Assembly (NCBI GenBank): GCA_963819655.1
Contig: CAWFXA010000001.1
Location: 288,001 to 352,000, forward strand
Source: an uncultured Chloroflexia bacterium
Lineage (GTDB): Bacteria; Chloroflexota; Limnocylindria; Limnocylindrales; CSP1-4
Length of the DNA stretch: 64,000 nt
Reading direction: 5' to 3'
Below the pieces are notes generated by a model that was not told the DNA's origin, did no database searches, and was given only the letters and a program-made list of their open reading frames with translations. Numbering within the stretch: the first letter of the stretch is position 1; every line of letters begins with the position of its first letter. Shown piece after piece: positions 49,194-58,536 of this stretch. A program made the position numbers and the translations under genes.

Positions 49194-50321
49194 ATGTCCA
49201 TCGCGCGGGACGCCGTGCTCCCCTCGCCGCCACGTGTGACGTTCATCCCGGGCGATGGCATCGGGCCCGACGTGATGGGCGCGGCGCTGGCCGTGATCGA
49301 GGCGTCCGGGGCCACCATAGAGTGGGACGTGCGCCAGGCGGGTGCCGCAGCGGCCACTGACGGAGGTGAGAGCCTGCCCGACGACGTGGTCGAGGCGATC
49401 CGCGCGACGCGGGTCGCGCTGAAGGGCCCGACCGCGACAGCCACCCGCGGCGAACGGGCCGTGAGCGTCCGCCTGCGTGCCGCGCTGGACCTCGAGCTCG
49501 GCATCCGGCCGGTGCGGAGCTGGCCAGGGGTCGTCGGGGCGGTCAACTCGGTGACGTCGTCGAACCTCGACATCATGCTCATCCGGATGCTCGGGGAGGA
49601 CCTGTACGCCGGCCTCGAGTTCGAAGCTGACGATCCGGCCGCCGTCGATCTCCGCCGGCTCTGGGCGTCCCGTGGTCGAGCCCTCCCAAAGGACACGGCC
49701 TTCTCATTGAAGGTGTTGTCGGACCGGGCGATCGAGCGGTTCGCCCGAGCCGCCCTGACGCAGGCGCGGATCCATGGCCGGCGGCGCATCACGATCGTCC
49801 ACAAGGCGACCGTCATGCGGGCGACCGACGGTCGGTTCCGATCGATCGTGGAGGAGGTGGCGCGCAAGGTCGGGGGGTTCGAGGTCGACGACCGTCTCGT
49901 CGACACGGTCTGCCTCGACCTCATCCGTCACCCGGAGCGCTTCGACGTGCTGCTCGCGCCGGTGATGTACGGCGACATCCTGTCGGACGTGATCGCCGGG
50001 CTCGCCGGCGGGCTCGGCCTGGCGCCGGGCGCCAACATCGGGCGGCACGCCGCCGTCTTCGAGCCGGTCCACGGGACCGCGCCATCGCTCGCCGGACTCG
50101 ACCGAGCCGACCCCATCGCGGCGATCCTGACGGGCGCCATGCTGCTACGACACCTCGACCTGCCGGTCGAGGCACAGCGGATCGAGACCGCGGTCCGCTG
50201 CACCCTGACGACCGGCAGCGTGCTGACCTATGACCTGGCAGGCGTCCCGCGCGACCACGAACGCGCTGCGAGCACCCATGCCATGACCGACGCCGTGATC
50301 GCTGCGCTGCCTCCGGGGTGA
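49194..50321 (+). CDS. Isocitrate/isopropylmalate dehydrogenase family enzyme, divergent
   Basis: IPGDGIGP, LKGP, EDLY, VHK, YGDILSD, FEPVHGTAP. Confidence 0.9.
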   Translation: MSIARDAVLPSPPRVTFIPGDGIGPDVMGAALAVIEASGATIEWDVRQAGAAAATDGGESLPDDVVEAIRATRVALKGPTATATRGERAVSVRLRAALDLELGIRPVRSWPGVVGAVNSVTSSNLDIMLIRMLGEDLYAGLEFEADDPAAVDLRRLWASRGRALPKDTAFSLKVLSDRAIERFARAALTQARIHGRRRITIVHKATVMRATDGRFRSIVEEVARKVGGFEVDDRLVDTVCLDLIRHPERFDVLLAPVMYGDILSDVIAGLAGGLGLAPGANIGRHAAVFEPVHGTAPSLAGLDRADPIAAILTGAMLLRHLDLPVEAQRIETAVRCTLTTGSVLTYDLAGVPRDHERAASTHAMTDAVIAALPPG

Positions 50322-53020
50322 ACGACGGGTCGGTCCCCGAGGTCGATGGCGACGCCACGCGCGAGAGTGCTGCGCACGTCCGCGGCTCCACATTGCTGGT
50401 CGTCGGCCGGTTCGTGTCGCTCGGGATCAACTTCGCGACCCAGGTCCTCATCGCCCGTCACCTCGGCCAGACCGAGTTCGGAGCGTTCGCGCTGGCATTC
50501 GCGATCGCGGGCCTCTGCCAGGTGCTCATCACGCTCGGGCTGCATCGGGGTGTTACGCGCTTCCTGACCGCCGACCTCGAGCGTGGCGACCACCCGCGGT
50601 TCGTCGGGACGATCGTGCTCAACGTCGCCGTCATCGTCGTCCTGGGGGCGATCCTCGTCGGCCTTGTAGCTGTCGCCCAGCAGGGCCTGACCGCTGCCGG
50701 CATCCTGCAGCCTGCCGCGACGGGCCTGCTCCTGATCCTGGTGCTGCTGGCCCCGATCGACGCCCTCGACGATCTGCTGATCTCGCTGTACGCGATCTTC
50801 GACAGCCCACGCTCGATCTTCGTCAGGCGTTACATCCTCGGGCCGGCGTTGCGGCTCGGCGTGGCTGTGGCCGTGGTCCTCGCGAGCGGCGGGGCGATCG
50901 AGCTCGCGGTCGGCTACGTCGCAGCCAGCCTGTTCGGTCTGGCGCTCTACGGCGCGCTGTTCATCCAGATGCTGATGCGGTCCGGCATCGTGAAGGCGGT
51001 GGGCGGCAGGCCGCTCGTCATCCCGGCCCGAGAGGTCATCGGCGCGTCGGTCCCGCTGCTGTCGACGGATGCCGTGTGGCTGCTCATCAACACGTTCCCG
51101 ATCTTCGTCCTGACGGCGGCCAGCGGCCTGGCCGACGTCGCGGCATACCAGGTCATCCGCCCAGCCGCCGCGCTCAATCTCCTCGTCGCGGCCAGCTTCC
51201 ACGTCCTCTACCTGCCGCTGGCGACACGTCTGGCGAACCGGCGCGACATCGCTGGCTCGAACGAGCTGTACTGGCGAACGACGATCTGGGTCGCCGTCCT
51301 GACGTTCCCGATCTTCGCGGCCACGTTCGCCCTCGGGCGACCCCTGACGACCTTCGCGTTCGGGGAGCGTTACGAGGCGTCGGGAATGTACCTGAGCGTC
51401 CTCGCCGTCGGCTACATGGTCCACGCGGCGCTTGGCTTCAACGCCACGACACTGGCCGCGCACGGCTATCACCGAACGGTCGCCATCGCCAACGGGGTGA
51501 CGGCGGGCATCAGCGTCGTCGCGGCGCTCGTCCTGATCCCGCCGTTCGGCGCGCTCGGTGCGGCCGTGGCGTCGACCGCGACGTTGTTCGCCCAGAACGC
51601 TCTCCTGCAGGTCGGTCTGAAACGGCGCATCGGTATCGCTCTGGTCCACCGGGACGCCGTGCGGGTCTACGCGGTCATCGCCCTTGCCGCGGGCACCCTC
51701 TTCGCGATCGAATCGTTCGCGTCGCTCGGTCTCTGGACGCTCGCGCTTGCAGCCGTCGAGGCGGTGGGAGTCCTCTATCTCGCGCGCCACGCCATGCAGG
51801 TCACGACGATCTTCCCGGGCATCAACCCCCAGATCATCCGGCTGCTTGCATCGGCGGGTCCGGCGGGCCGGCGGTTGGCATCTGGTCTCGATCTGCTTCG
51901 CTCGATCCGGCCGGACGATGCCGCCCGACGCTTCCGTCAGGCACATCGATGGGCCGCGCAGGACGGGGTCGCGCGTGCTGCGATCTACCGGTCGATCTGG
52001 ATGGAGGCAGGTCGCGCCATCGGGGCGGACGTCACGGAGGTCGCGCGCGGTACGTTCGAGCTCCGCGCGGGCCCGCGCCGAGCGATCGTCACCGACCACC
52101 TCCTGCGCCTCGACTCGGATGCTGCCCTCGGCCGCGCGATCGACAAGCCGGCCGTCAGCCGGATGCTCCGGGCAGAGGGCCTCCCGGCCCCCGCCCATCT
52201 GGCGTTCTCGTTCGCCGATTTCGGCGCGGCCGTCGCGTTCCTCGCGGCGGCTCCCGGGCCGTGCGTGGTCAAGCCGGCGCACGGCCGCACGGGGTCTGGC
52301 GTCACGACCAACGTCCGGACGCCCGAGGACCTGCTTCGTGCCGTCGTTCGGGCCGGCGCCGACAGTGACGATCTGCTCATCGAGCACCAGCTCGACGGTG
52401 CGGTCTACCGGCTGCTCTTCCTCGACGGGCAGCTCCTGGATGTCCTCGAACGGAGGCCACCCGGCGCCGTCGGTGATGGACGATCGAGGATCGGCTCGCT
52501 GATCGCGGCGGAGAACGAGCGTCGGCTGGGGGCCGCTGGTCGCGTCGGCCTGTCGTTGCTCAAGGTGGATCTGGATTGCCTGCTGACGCTGGCCGGAGCC
52601 GGTATGGACCTGCGCTCCGTGCCGCCGGCGGGCACGGTCGTCGTGGTCAAGACCGCGACGAACCAGAACGGGGCGCTCGAGAATCGCTCCGTCCTCCACG
52701 CCGTGGGCGCCGATCTGGTCGAGGAATCACGGCGGGCGGTCGAGCTCGTCGGGCTCAGGCTCGCAGGGGTGGACGTCGTGACGCTGGATCCCGTAGCTCC
52801 GCTGGCTGGCAGCGGCGGTGCGATCCTCGAGGTGAACGGCTCGCCGGGCATCCACTACCACTACCTGGTCCACCCCGACAGCCCCCGCCGGCCCGTGGCG
52901 ATCCCGATCATCGAGGCACTGCTCGACCTTGGGCCGGGTCCGTCGGTCGCACGTCCGGAGGTCGATCGGGCAGCCACGGGTTCCGCGTCGCGCACGCGCG
53001 AGCCGGGCACGGCCTCGTAG
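50318..53020 (+). CDS. Wzx/MOP-type polysaccharide flippase fused to a cyanophycin-synthetase/GshAB-like ATP-grasp domain
   Basis: First ~500 aa: 12-14 TM with ARHLGQTEFGAF, DVAAYQ, FGERYEAS. Last ~350 aa: DKPAVSRML, VVKP.HG.TGSGVTTNV, YRLL, GDGRSRI..LI..EN, AGVDVV, ILEVNGSPG. Confidence 0.85.
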   Translation: MNDGSVPEVDGDATRESAAHVRGSTLLVVGRFVSLGINFATQVLIARHLGQTEFGAFALAFAIAGLCQVLITLGLHRGVTRFLTADLERGDHPRFVGTIVLNVAVIVVLGAILVGLVAVAQQGLTAAGILQPAATGLLLILVLLAPIDALDDLLISLYAIFDSPRSIFVRRYILGPALRLGVAVAVVLASGGAIELAVGYVAASLFGLALYGALFIQMLMRSGIVKAVGGRPLVIPAREVIGASVPLLSTDAVWLLINTFPIFVLTAASGLADVAAYQVIRPAAALNLLVAASFHVLYLPLATRLANRRDIAGSNELYWRTTIWVAVLTFPIFAATFALGRPLTTFAFGERYEASGMYLSVLAVGYMVHAALGFNATTLAAHGYHRTVAIANGVTAGISVVAALVLIPPFGALGAAVASTATLFAQNALLQVGLKRRIGIALVHRDAVRVYAVIALAAGTLFAIESFASLGLWTLALAAVEAVGVLYLARHAMQVTTIFPGINPQIIRLLASAGPAGRRLASGLDLLRSIRPDDAARRFRQAHRWAAQDGVARAAIYRSIWMEAGRAIGADVTEVARGTFELRAGPRRAIVTDHLLRLDSDAALGRAIDKPAVSRMLRAEGLPAPAHLAFSFADFGAAVAFLAAAPGPCVVKPAHGRTGSGVTTNVRTPEDLLRAVVRAGADSDDLLIEHQLDGAVYRLLFLDGQLLDVLERRPPGAVGDGRSRIGSLIAAENERRLGAAGRVGLSLLKVDLDCLLTLAGAGMDLRSVPPAGTVVVVKTATNQNGALENRSVLHAVGADLVEESRRAVELVGLRLAGVDVVTLDPVAPLAGSGGAILEVNGSPGIHYHYLVHPDSPRRPVAIPIIEALLDLGPGPSVARPEVDRAATGSASRTREPGTAS

Positions 53021-53131
53021 CCGTGGTCGACCCTGAAGGCGTTTTGACACGCTCTCTGTGCACCCGGACACGTCACGGTCTTTCTCGAGACGGTAGGGTG
53101 GTGTCCCCGACCCAGTGTGAGAAGGAGTCCC

Positions 53132-53563
53132 ATGTCTCGCCTGACCCGTTGGCTCGCGCCGACAACGACAGCCCGCGCCCATTGCGACCTCCCCTGCGGC
53201 GTCTACGACCCCGAGCAGGCGCGCATCGAGGCCGAGTCCTGCCACAGGATCAACGAGAAGTACGCCGCCAACCAGGATGCCACCTTCCGGACCCGCGCGG
53301 TGGCGATCAAGGAGAACCGGGCCGACCTGGTCAAGCACCACCTCGACGTCCTGTGGCACGACTATTTCAAGCCGGAGCACCTGGAGGCCGTGCCGAACCT
53401 GCACGAGCTGTTCTGGAACGCGACCAAGCAGGTGTCGAAGGTCAAGGCATCGACCGACGCCGCCGACTCGAAGGCGCTGCTCGACATGATCGACGAGATC
53501 GACGCCGCGTGGAAGAAGACCGGCGGCGAAGAGAAGACCCGCGTCGCGGGCCGGCCTTCCTGA
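53132..53563 (+). CDS. sodN: Nickel superoxide dismutase precursor
   Basis: Propeptide then Ni-hook HCDLPCGVYDP; VKHHLDVLWHDYFKPEH; AAGGAG RBS. Confidence 0.96.
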   Translation: MSRLTRWLAPTTTARAHCDLPCGVYDPEQARIEAESCHRINEKYAANQDATFRTRAVAIKENRADLVKHHLDVLWHDYFKPEHLEAVPNLHELFWNATKQVSKVKASTDAADSKALLDMIDEIDAAWKKTGGEEKTRVAGRPS

Positions 53564-53574
53564 TCTCCACCGAG

Positions 53575-54063
53575 ATGCGAATCCCGAGGCCCCGCCGGTC
53601 GGCGGGGCCTCGTCGTACCGAGTCGCTCCGGCATCGGCTGCGCGGTCCGTGGCGGATCGCGGTCATGCAGGCGAGCATGGAGCCCGCGATCCGCGAGGGC
53701 GACTGGCTGCTGGTCGACCCCACCACGACGCGCTGGCCCCGGCGTGGCTCGGTCGTGGCATTTCACGAACCCGACGGCGGCGTGTTGTCGATCAAGCGCG
53801 TGGCCGGCACGCCCGGCGATCGGGTGCCGTTCCGCGACGGCTACATCGAGTTGGCCGACGACGAGGCCTGGCTCGTATCGGACGCGGACGCAGCGGTTGC
53901 CGCCGAGGCGGGCCTCGGCGAGCCGGTCGACTCCAACCGCTATGGACCGGTGCCGGTCGCGCTCCTCGTGGGCAGGGTCTGGTTCCGCTACGGCCCGCTG
54001 CGCCGAATCGGGCGGCCCGGACCTTCGAGCCGTGGACGAACCGGACCTCAGACGGTACGGTGA
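53575..54063 (+). CDS. sodX: Ni-SOD maturation peptidase (S26 family)
   Basis: SMEPAIREGD (Ser), IKRV (Lys), DSNRYGPV, GRVWFRY; directly after sodN; start uncertain. Confidence 0.82.
   Translation: MRIPRPRRSAGPRRTESLRHRLRGPWRIAVMQASMEPAIREGDWLLVDPTTTRWPRRGSVVAFHEPDGGVLSIKRVAGTPGDRVPFRDGYIELADDEAWLVSDADAAVAAEAGLGEPVDSNRYGPVPVALLVGRVWFRYGPLRRIGRPGPSSRGRTGPQTVR
53585..53612 (+). terminator. Strong hairpin after sodN (terminator or stabiliser)
   Basis: CGAGGCCCCGCC-GGTC-GGCGGGGCCTCG, perfect 12-bp stem, no U tract. Confidence 0.55.
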
Positions 54064-54100
54064 CATCTCCCGATCCGACCCTTGGAAGGAACCATTTGCC

Positions 54101-54817
54101 GTGACTTCGACGCGCTCTCGCCGGCTGGCCTTCGCGCTCTGCAGCGCAGTCCTGACATTCAGTCTCGCTTCGTGCGGCGGCACGCCAACGGCTGCCACGT
54201 CGGCGCCGACCTCGGCAGCTACCGCGAGCCTCGCGCCGTCCGCTGGAACCGCGAGCCCATCAGCCGCAGCGTCGGCATCGGCCTCGGCCGGAGCGAGCCT
54301 CGCCACGACCGGACGCATCGAGGTCCCCGAGCACGGCTTCGCGATCACGCTGCCGGCAGGCTGGACCAGGATCGATCTCCAGGCGGGTGATCTCGAGCAG
54401 ATCATGGCCGCCGCGGGGGCCGACAACCCCGAGATGGCCGAGCTTTACTCCGCGCAGATCCAGACCATGCTCGCGAGTGGTCTCGTGATCTTCGCCTTCG
54501 GACCGGATATCACGACCGGGACCAATCTCAACGTCTTGTCGCTTCCGAGCATGGGCATGAACCTGGACCTGCTCGAGCAAGCCAACCTGGCTCAACTCAA
54601 GACGCTAGCCGAGGGTGAGGTCTCGACCGAGCGGGTCACCCTCCCGGCCGGCGAGGCCCTCCACCTCCGCTACAGCATCAAGTCCGCGAACCAGCCCGCG
54701 CCGCCCACGATCGATCAGTACCTCGTACTCATGGGCGACCGGCAGCTGATGGTCAGCGTGACCAACGCCAGTGCCGCCGATGCGGCCGCGATCGCGGGGT
54801 CGCTCGAGACGCTCTAG
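54101..54817 (+). CDS. Hypothetical lipoprotein
   Basis: Signal peptide with lipobox LASC, Ala/Ser/Thr linker, globular domain GFAITLPAGW; AAGGA RBS. Confidence 0.8.
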   Translation: MTSTRSRRLAFALCSAVLTFSLASCGGTPTAATSAPTSAATASLAPSAGTASPSAAASASASAGASLATTGRIEVPEHGFAITLPAGWTRIDLQAGDLEQIMAAAGADNPEMAELYSAQIQTMLASGLVIFAFGPDITTGTNLNVLSLPSMGMNLDLLEQANLAQLKTLAEGEVSTERVTLPAGEALHLRYSIKSANQPAPPTIDQYLVLMGDRQLMVSVTNASAADAAAIAGSLETL

Positions 54818-55131
54818 CGCGACCGCCGCCTCCGTCGACTGGCTGATTCCCGCTGCGCGCTGGTTGGTTCAGGAGAAGCACGGCCGGTGAGTGGGCGGGG
54901 CGGCGGTCGGCGGACGGCGGGCGGCGAGGAACCATGAAGTACGCGCATTGGACCAACCTTAAGTCCGGTCCAGCGGCCGCCACGGGACTCCGACCGTGCA
55001 CACCCGCATGGCCGAGCGTGCGATCCGTCGTGTCGTCGAGTATCTCGTCCGCGCAAACCGATTCTCTGCCTCGGAGGACGACATTAGGTTGCGCTGACGC
55101 GCATCGTTCATGGCCGCGCTGCGCCGGGGTC

Positions 55132-55233
55132 GCCGAGTCGCGCCGCGATGCGCAGGCCGCGCGGAGTCGCGGCCGGTCGCGCCGAGTCGCGCCGAGTCCC
55201 GCCGAGTCGCATCGCCCGCGCGCGCCGAGCCGC
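55132..55233. repeat. Degenerate 10-bp tandem repeat (GCCGAGTCGC)
   Basis: Five in-phase copies at 55161-55210 plus flanking copies. Confidence 0.7.
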
Positions 55234-55269
55234 ACCCAGTCGCTGCCACTCTTCGGTGACTCGGGCCGG

Positions 55270-56181
55270 TCAGGCGCCGGCGATCGCCGCCGCGCCTGTC
55301 GACAGGTTGATCCCCGCGGCGCGGCAGTCCTCGGCGAAAGCCGCCTGGGCGTCGAGCGTCGGTGACCAGCGCGTCGGGAAGGCGATGAGCCGGTCCAGTC
55401 CGATCTCGGCAAACCGCGCCAGCCGGTCGACGCGTGCTCGCCCCGCGTCCCGCATCTGCTCGTCGCGCTCATATAGCGAGAAACGCATCGTGGCGGGGTC
55501 GCGTCCCTCGGCCTCACAGCGCGCGCGGACGTCCCGCATCCGGTCGACGATGTCGTCGGCCTCGATGAACACGAAGTTCAGCTCGTCCGCGTAGCGGATC
55601 GCGTAGCCGGCCGTTCGCTGGCGGCCGTTTCCGCCGACGATGATCGGGATGCGCGGCTCCTGGAGGCCCTGTGGCACATTGATGGCGCCGCGGACGTGGG
55701 CGTAGCGACCCTCGTACGACGAGCGACCCGGCTGGAACATCCTCGTGATGATCTCGAGGTGGTCACCGAAGGCGCCCATGCGGTCGGCCAGCGGCGGGAA
55801 CCCGTAGCCGTAGGCGACCCACTCGTCCTCCTTCCAGCCGGCACCTATGCCGAGCTCGAACCGGCCGCCGCTGATGACGTCGACGGTCGACGACAGCTTG
55901 GCGGTGAGCGCCGGGTTCCGGAAGCCCGTGCACACGACCATGTGACCGAGGCGGACGCGCTCGGTCACCATCGCGAGGGCGGCAAGTACGGAGAAGGACT
56001 CGAACGTGATCTCGTCGGTCGGTACGGGCACGGTGTGGAAGTGGTCGAACACCCACAGCGACTCGAAGCCGAGCTCCTCGGCCTGACGCGCGAGCTCGAC
56101 GGTCCGCGCCCACGCATCGGCCGGCGGCCAGCCGTCGTAGTCGCCTTTCCAACCTTGTGGTGCCATCAAACCGACCTGCAT
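55270..56181 (-). CDS. LLM-class (probably F420-dependent) oxidoreductase
   Basis: GFESLWVFDHF, RNPALTAK, SGGRFELGIGAGW, PIIVGG. Confidence 0.92.
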   Translation of the reverse strand: MQVGLMAPQGWKGDYDGWPPADAWARTVELARQAEELGFESLWVFDHFHTVPVPTDEITFESFSVLAALAMVTERVRLGHMVVCTGFRNPALTAKLSSTVDVISGGRFELGIGAGWKEDEWVAYGYGFPPLADRMGAFGDHLEIITRMFQPGRSSYEGRYAHVRGAINVPQGLQEPRIPIIVGGNGRQRTAGYAIRYADELNFVFIEADDIVDRMRDVRARCEAEGRDPATMRFSLYERDEQMRDAGRARVDRLARFAEIGLDRLIAFPTRWSPTLDAQAAFAEDCRAAGINLSTGAAAIAGA

Positions 56182-56293
56182 CGTCGCCTCCGATCATCTG
56201 TGTGTCGTCGCAACCATTGTCACCGGTCAAGGCGATCGTCGCGTCCGCCGGGATGCCGGCCGGCGGTCCTGCCCGGCCCCTATGCTCATCGAC

Positions 56294-57511
56294 ATGGATA
56301 TGACCGCGTTCGACCCGACCGCTCCGCTACCCGGTCCGCCCGACCCGTGGGCGTCGACCTCACGTCCGAGCACGCGCTCCGGACCGCCGTATCACATGAC
56401 GGAGATGATCGAGGCCGAACCGGCACTCGCGGACCGGATCCTGACCCGCCACGAGCCCGTCGGCAGCGGAGCGGCCGAGCTCGCGCGGGTCATCCGCCGG
56501 ACGATCCGCGCTGGGGACCCGGTCGTCGTGACCGGCTGCGGGACGTCCGAGCACGCCGCCTACGGGGTCGCCGAGATCCTGCGCGAGGCCGTGCGCTCAG
56601 CTGAGATCAGGGCGCCCGGGCACGCGACGCGCCACGAGCCCGTTGCCGCCCAGGCGTTCGAGCTATCACTCGACCCACCGTCGACGGGCCTGGTCATCGG
56701 CATCTCGCACGAGGGCGGCACGACCGCCACGAACGCGGCTCTCGACGCCGCGCGCGCGGCCGGTGCCCGCACGGCGATCGTCACGGTGTCGGACCGCTCC
56801 CCCGGCGCGGCACTCGCCGATATCGTCGTGGAGACCGACGAGCTCGATCAGAGCTGGTGTCACACGGTCGGCTATCTGAGCCCCCTGGTCGCGGCGACCG
56901 CGGTCGGGGCGCACATCGCGGGCCGCCCCGTGGATGCGGCCTTGCGCGCAGCCGCACGCGACCTGATCCAGGCCGGCGTCGACCGGGCCGGGATCGCGGA
57001 GCCCGTCGCGACCAGGTTGTCGGAGGCGCGCTCCATCATCGCCATCGCGTCCGGCGCCGATCGCACGGCCGGTCGCGAGCTCGTCCTCAAGATCGAGGAA
57101 GGGACGTGGATCCCGGCGGCCTACCGGGACCTCGAGAGCTTCCTGCACGGGCATCTCGCCGCCACCGACGAGGCGATGGGGCTCGTTCTCATCCTCGCCG
57201 ATCGGGACCGACGCGCCGAGCGGCTGGCGCGCGCGACGGGTGCGCTACGGGCTGCTCGCGGCGTCGGGATGGTCGCCGCGGCGATCGTCGCCGCCGATGC
57301 GGCCGTCGACCTGCCGACCGACCTCACCCCCGCGGGGCGGATCGTGATCCCCGAGGCGCCGGCGCTCCCCGCGTCGGTCGCCGCGCTGCTCGGCACCGCG
57401 ACGCCGCTCCAGATGCTGACCGAACGGCTGGCGCGGGCACGTGGTGTCAACCCAGACCCGATCCACCGCGACGTCGACCGATACCGCGAGGCGGCCGAGT
57501 CGGCCGAGTGA
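56294..57511 (+). CDS. SIS-domain sugar isomerase/deglycase-like protein (GlmS C-terminus-like)
   Basis: TGCGTSEHA, ISHEGGT, ELVLKIEE, ESFLHG, GVNPD. Confidence 0.85.
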   Translation: MDMTAFDPTAPLPGPPDPWASTSRPSTRSGPPYHMTEMIEAEPALADRILTRHEPVGSGAAELARVIRRTIRAGDPVVVTGCGTSEHAAYGVAEILREAVRSAEIRAPGHATRHEPVAAQAFELSLDPPSTGLVIGISHEGGTTATNAALDAARAAGARTAIVTVSDRSPGAALADIVVETDELDQSWCHTVGYLSPLVAATAVGAHIAGRPVDAALRAAARDLIQAGVDRAGIAEPVATRLSEARSIIAIASGADRTAGRELVLKIEEGTWIPAAYRDLESFLHGHLAATDEAMGLVLILADRDRRAERLARATGALRAARGVGMVAAAIVAADAAVDLPTDLTPAGRIVIPEAPALPASVAALLGTATPLQMLTERLARARGVNPDPIHRDVDRYREAAESAE

Positions 57512-57515
57512 GAGG

Positions 57516-58502
57516 TCAGATCCGGCCGACGAGCTCCTGGCCCATGACATCGACCATGTCGAGGTCCCACGGGATGAAGTCCTGGAACATGATCCGCTCG
57601 ATGCCGGCTTCCGCGAAACGCTCGACCTGAGCGCGGGCGTCATCGGGCGTGCCGTAGATCCACCGGAGCCGACGCTCCTCGAGCCACGCCTCGCCGGTCT
57701 CGGCGTCGGCGCCGAAGGTATCGAGGAGTGTCCGCTCGCGGTCCTCGACCTCGGCCTGCGTGCGTCCGACGAGGATCCCCGCCATCGTCGAACGGGCCAG
57801 CGTCGACGGGTCGCGGCCGATCGCCCGGCACGCCTCGTCGAGTTTTACGCGGACCTCCGCCGCACGCGCTGGCGACGCTGAGCTGAGGTTGTACTCGTCC
57901 GCATAGCGGGCCGCCAACCTGAATGACCGCGGCGAGCCGCCACTGCCGACGATGATCCGCGGACGCCGCCCTCCGGCAGGCGTGGTGGGACGACCCTCCG
58001 TCTCGACCGGCCTCGGCCGGAAGAGCGCATCCCGGACGCGGATCCCGGTGATGCCCTCGAACGACCAACCGTCGGGCTCGCCCCACAGCCCGTGGAGGAT
58101 CGCGAGCTGGTCCTCGAGCATGTCCGCCCGTCGTTCGATGGGCGGGAAGTCGAGACCGAGCTGGCGGTGCTCCTCGTCGTTCCAGCCGGCGCCAACGCCG
58201 ACCTCGACGCGCCCGCCGCTCATCTCGTCGACGGTCGCGACGACCTTGGCGAACACGCCCGGATGGCGGAACGTCACCGGTGAGACCAGGGCGCCGAGGG
58301 TGATCCGCTCCGTCTCGCGCGCAAGCCCGGCGAGCACGGTCCACGCGTCCGTCGTCGGCTGACCCGACTCGCCCGGGAAGCTCGCAAAATGGTCCGAGCG
58401 GAAGAATGCATCGAAGCCGTTCGCTTCGGCGCGCCTCGCCGATGCGAGCTGGTCGGCGTAGCTCATCCCCTGCTGTGGCTCGAGCATCAGCGCGTATCGC
58501 AT
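57516..58502 (-). CDS. LLM-class (probably F420-dependent) oxidoreductase
   Basis: EPQQG, FFRSDHF, TDAWTVLAGLARET, TFRHPG, GVGAGW. Confidence 0.92.
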   Translation of the reverse strand: MRYALMLEPQQGMSYADQLASARRAEANGFDAFFRSDHFASFPGESGQPTTDAWTVLAGLARETERITLGALVSPVTFRHPGVFAKVVATVDEMSGGRVEVGVGAGWNDEEHRQLGLDFPPIERRADMLEDQLAILHGLWGEPDGWSFEGITGIRVRDALFRPRPVETEGRPTTPAGGRRPRIIVGSGGSPRSFRLAARYADEYNLSSASPARAAEVRVKLDEACRAIGRDPSTLARSTMAGILVGRTQAEVEDRERTLLDTFGADAETGEAWLEERRLRWIYGTPDDARAQVERFAEAGIERIMFQDFIPWDLDMVDVMGQELVGRI

Positions 58503-58536
58503 CGGGCACTCCTGCACTCGGCGTCAATCATTCCGC

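Noticed and set aside
51970-53020. Cyanophycin synthesis
   Set aside because: Only the ATP-grasp half is present; no Mur-ligase domain and no cyanophycinase.
55132-55233. CRISPR array
   Set aside because: 10-bp contiguous degenerate repeats with no spacers and no cas genes.
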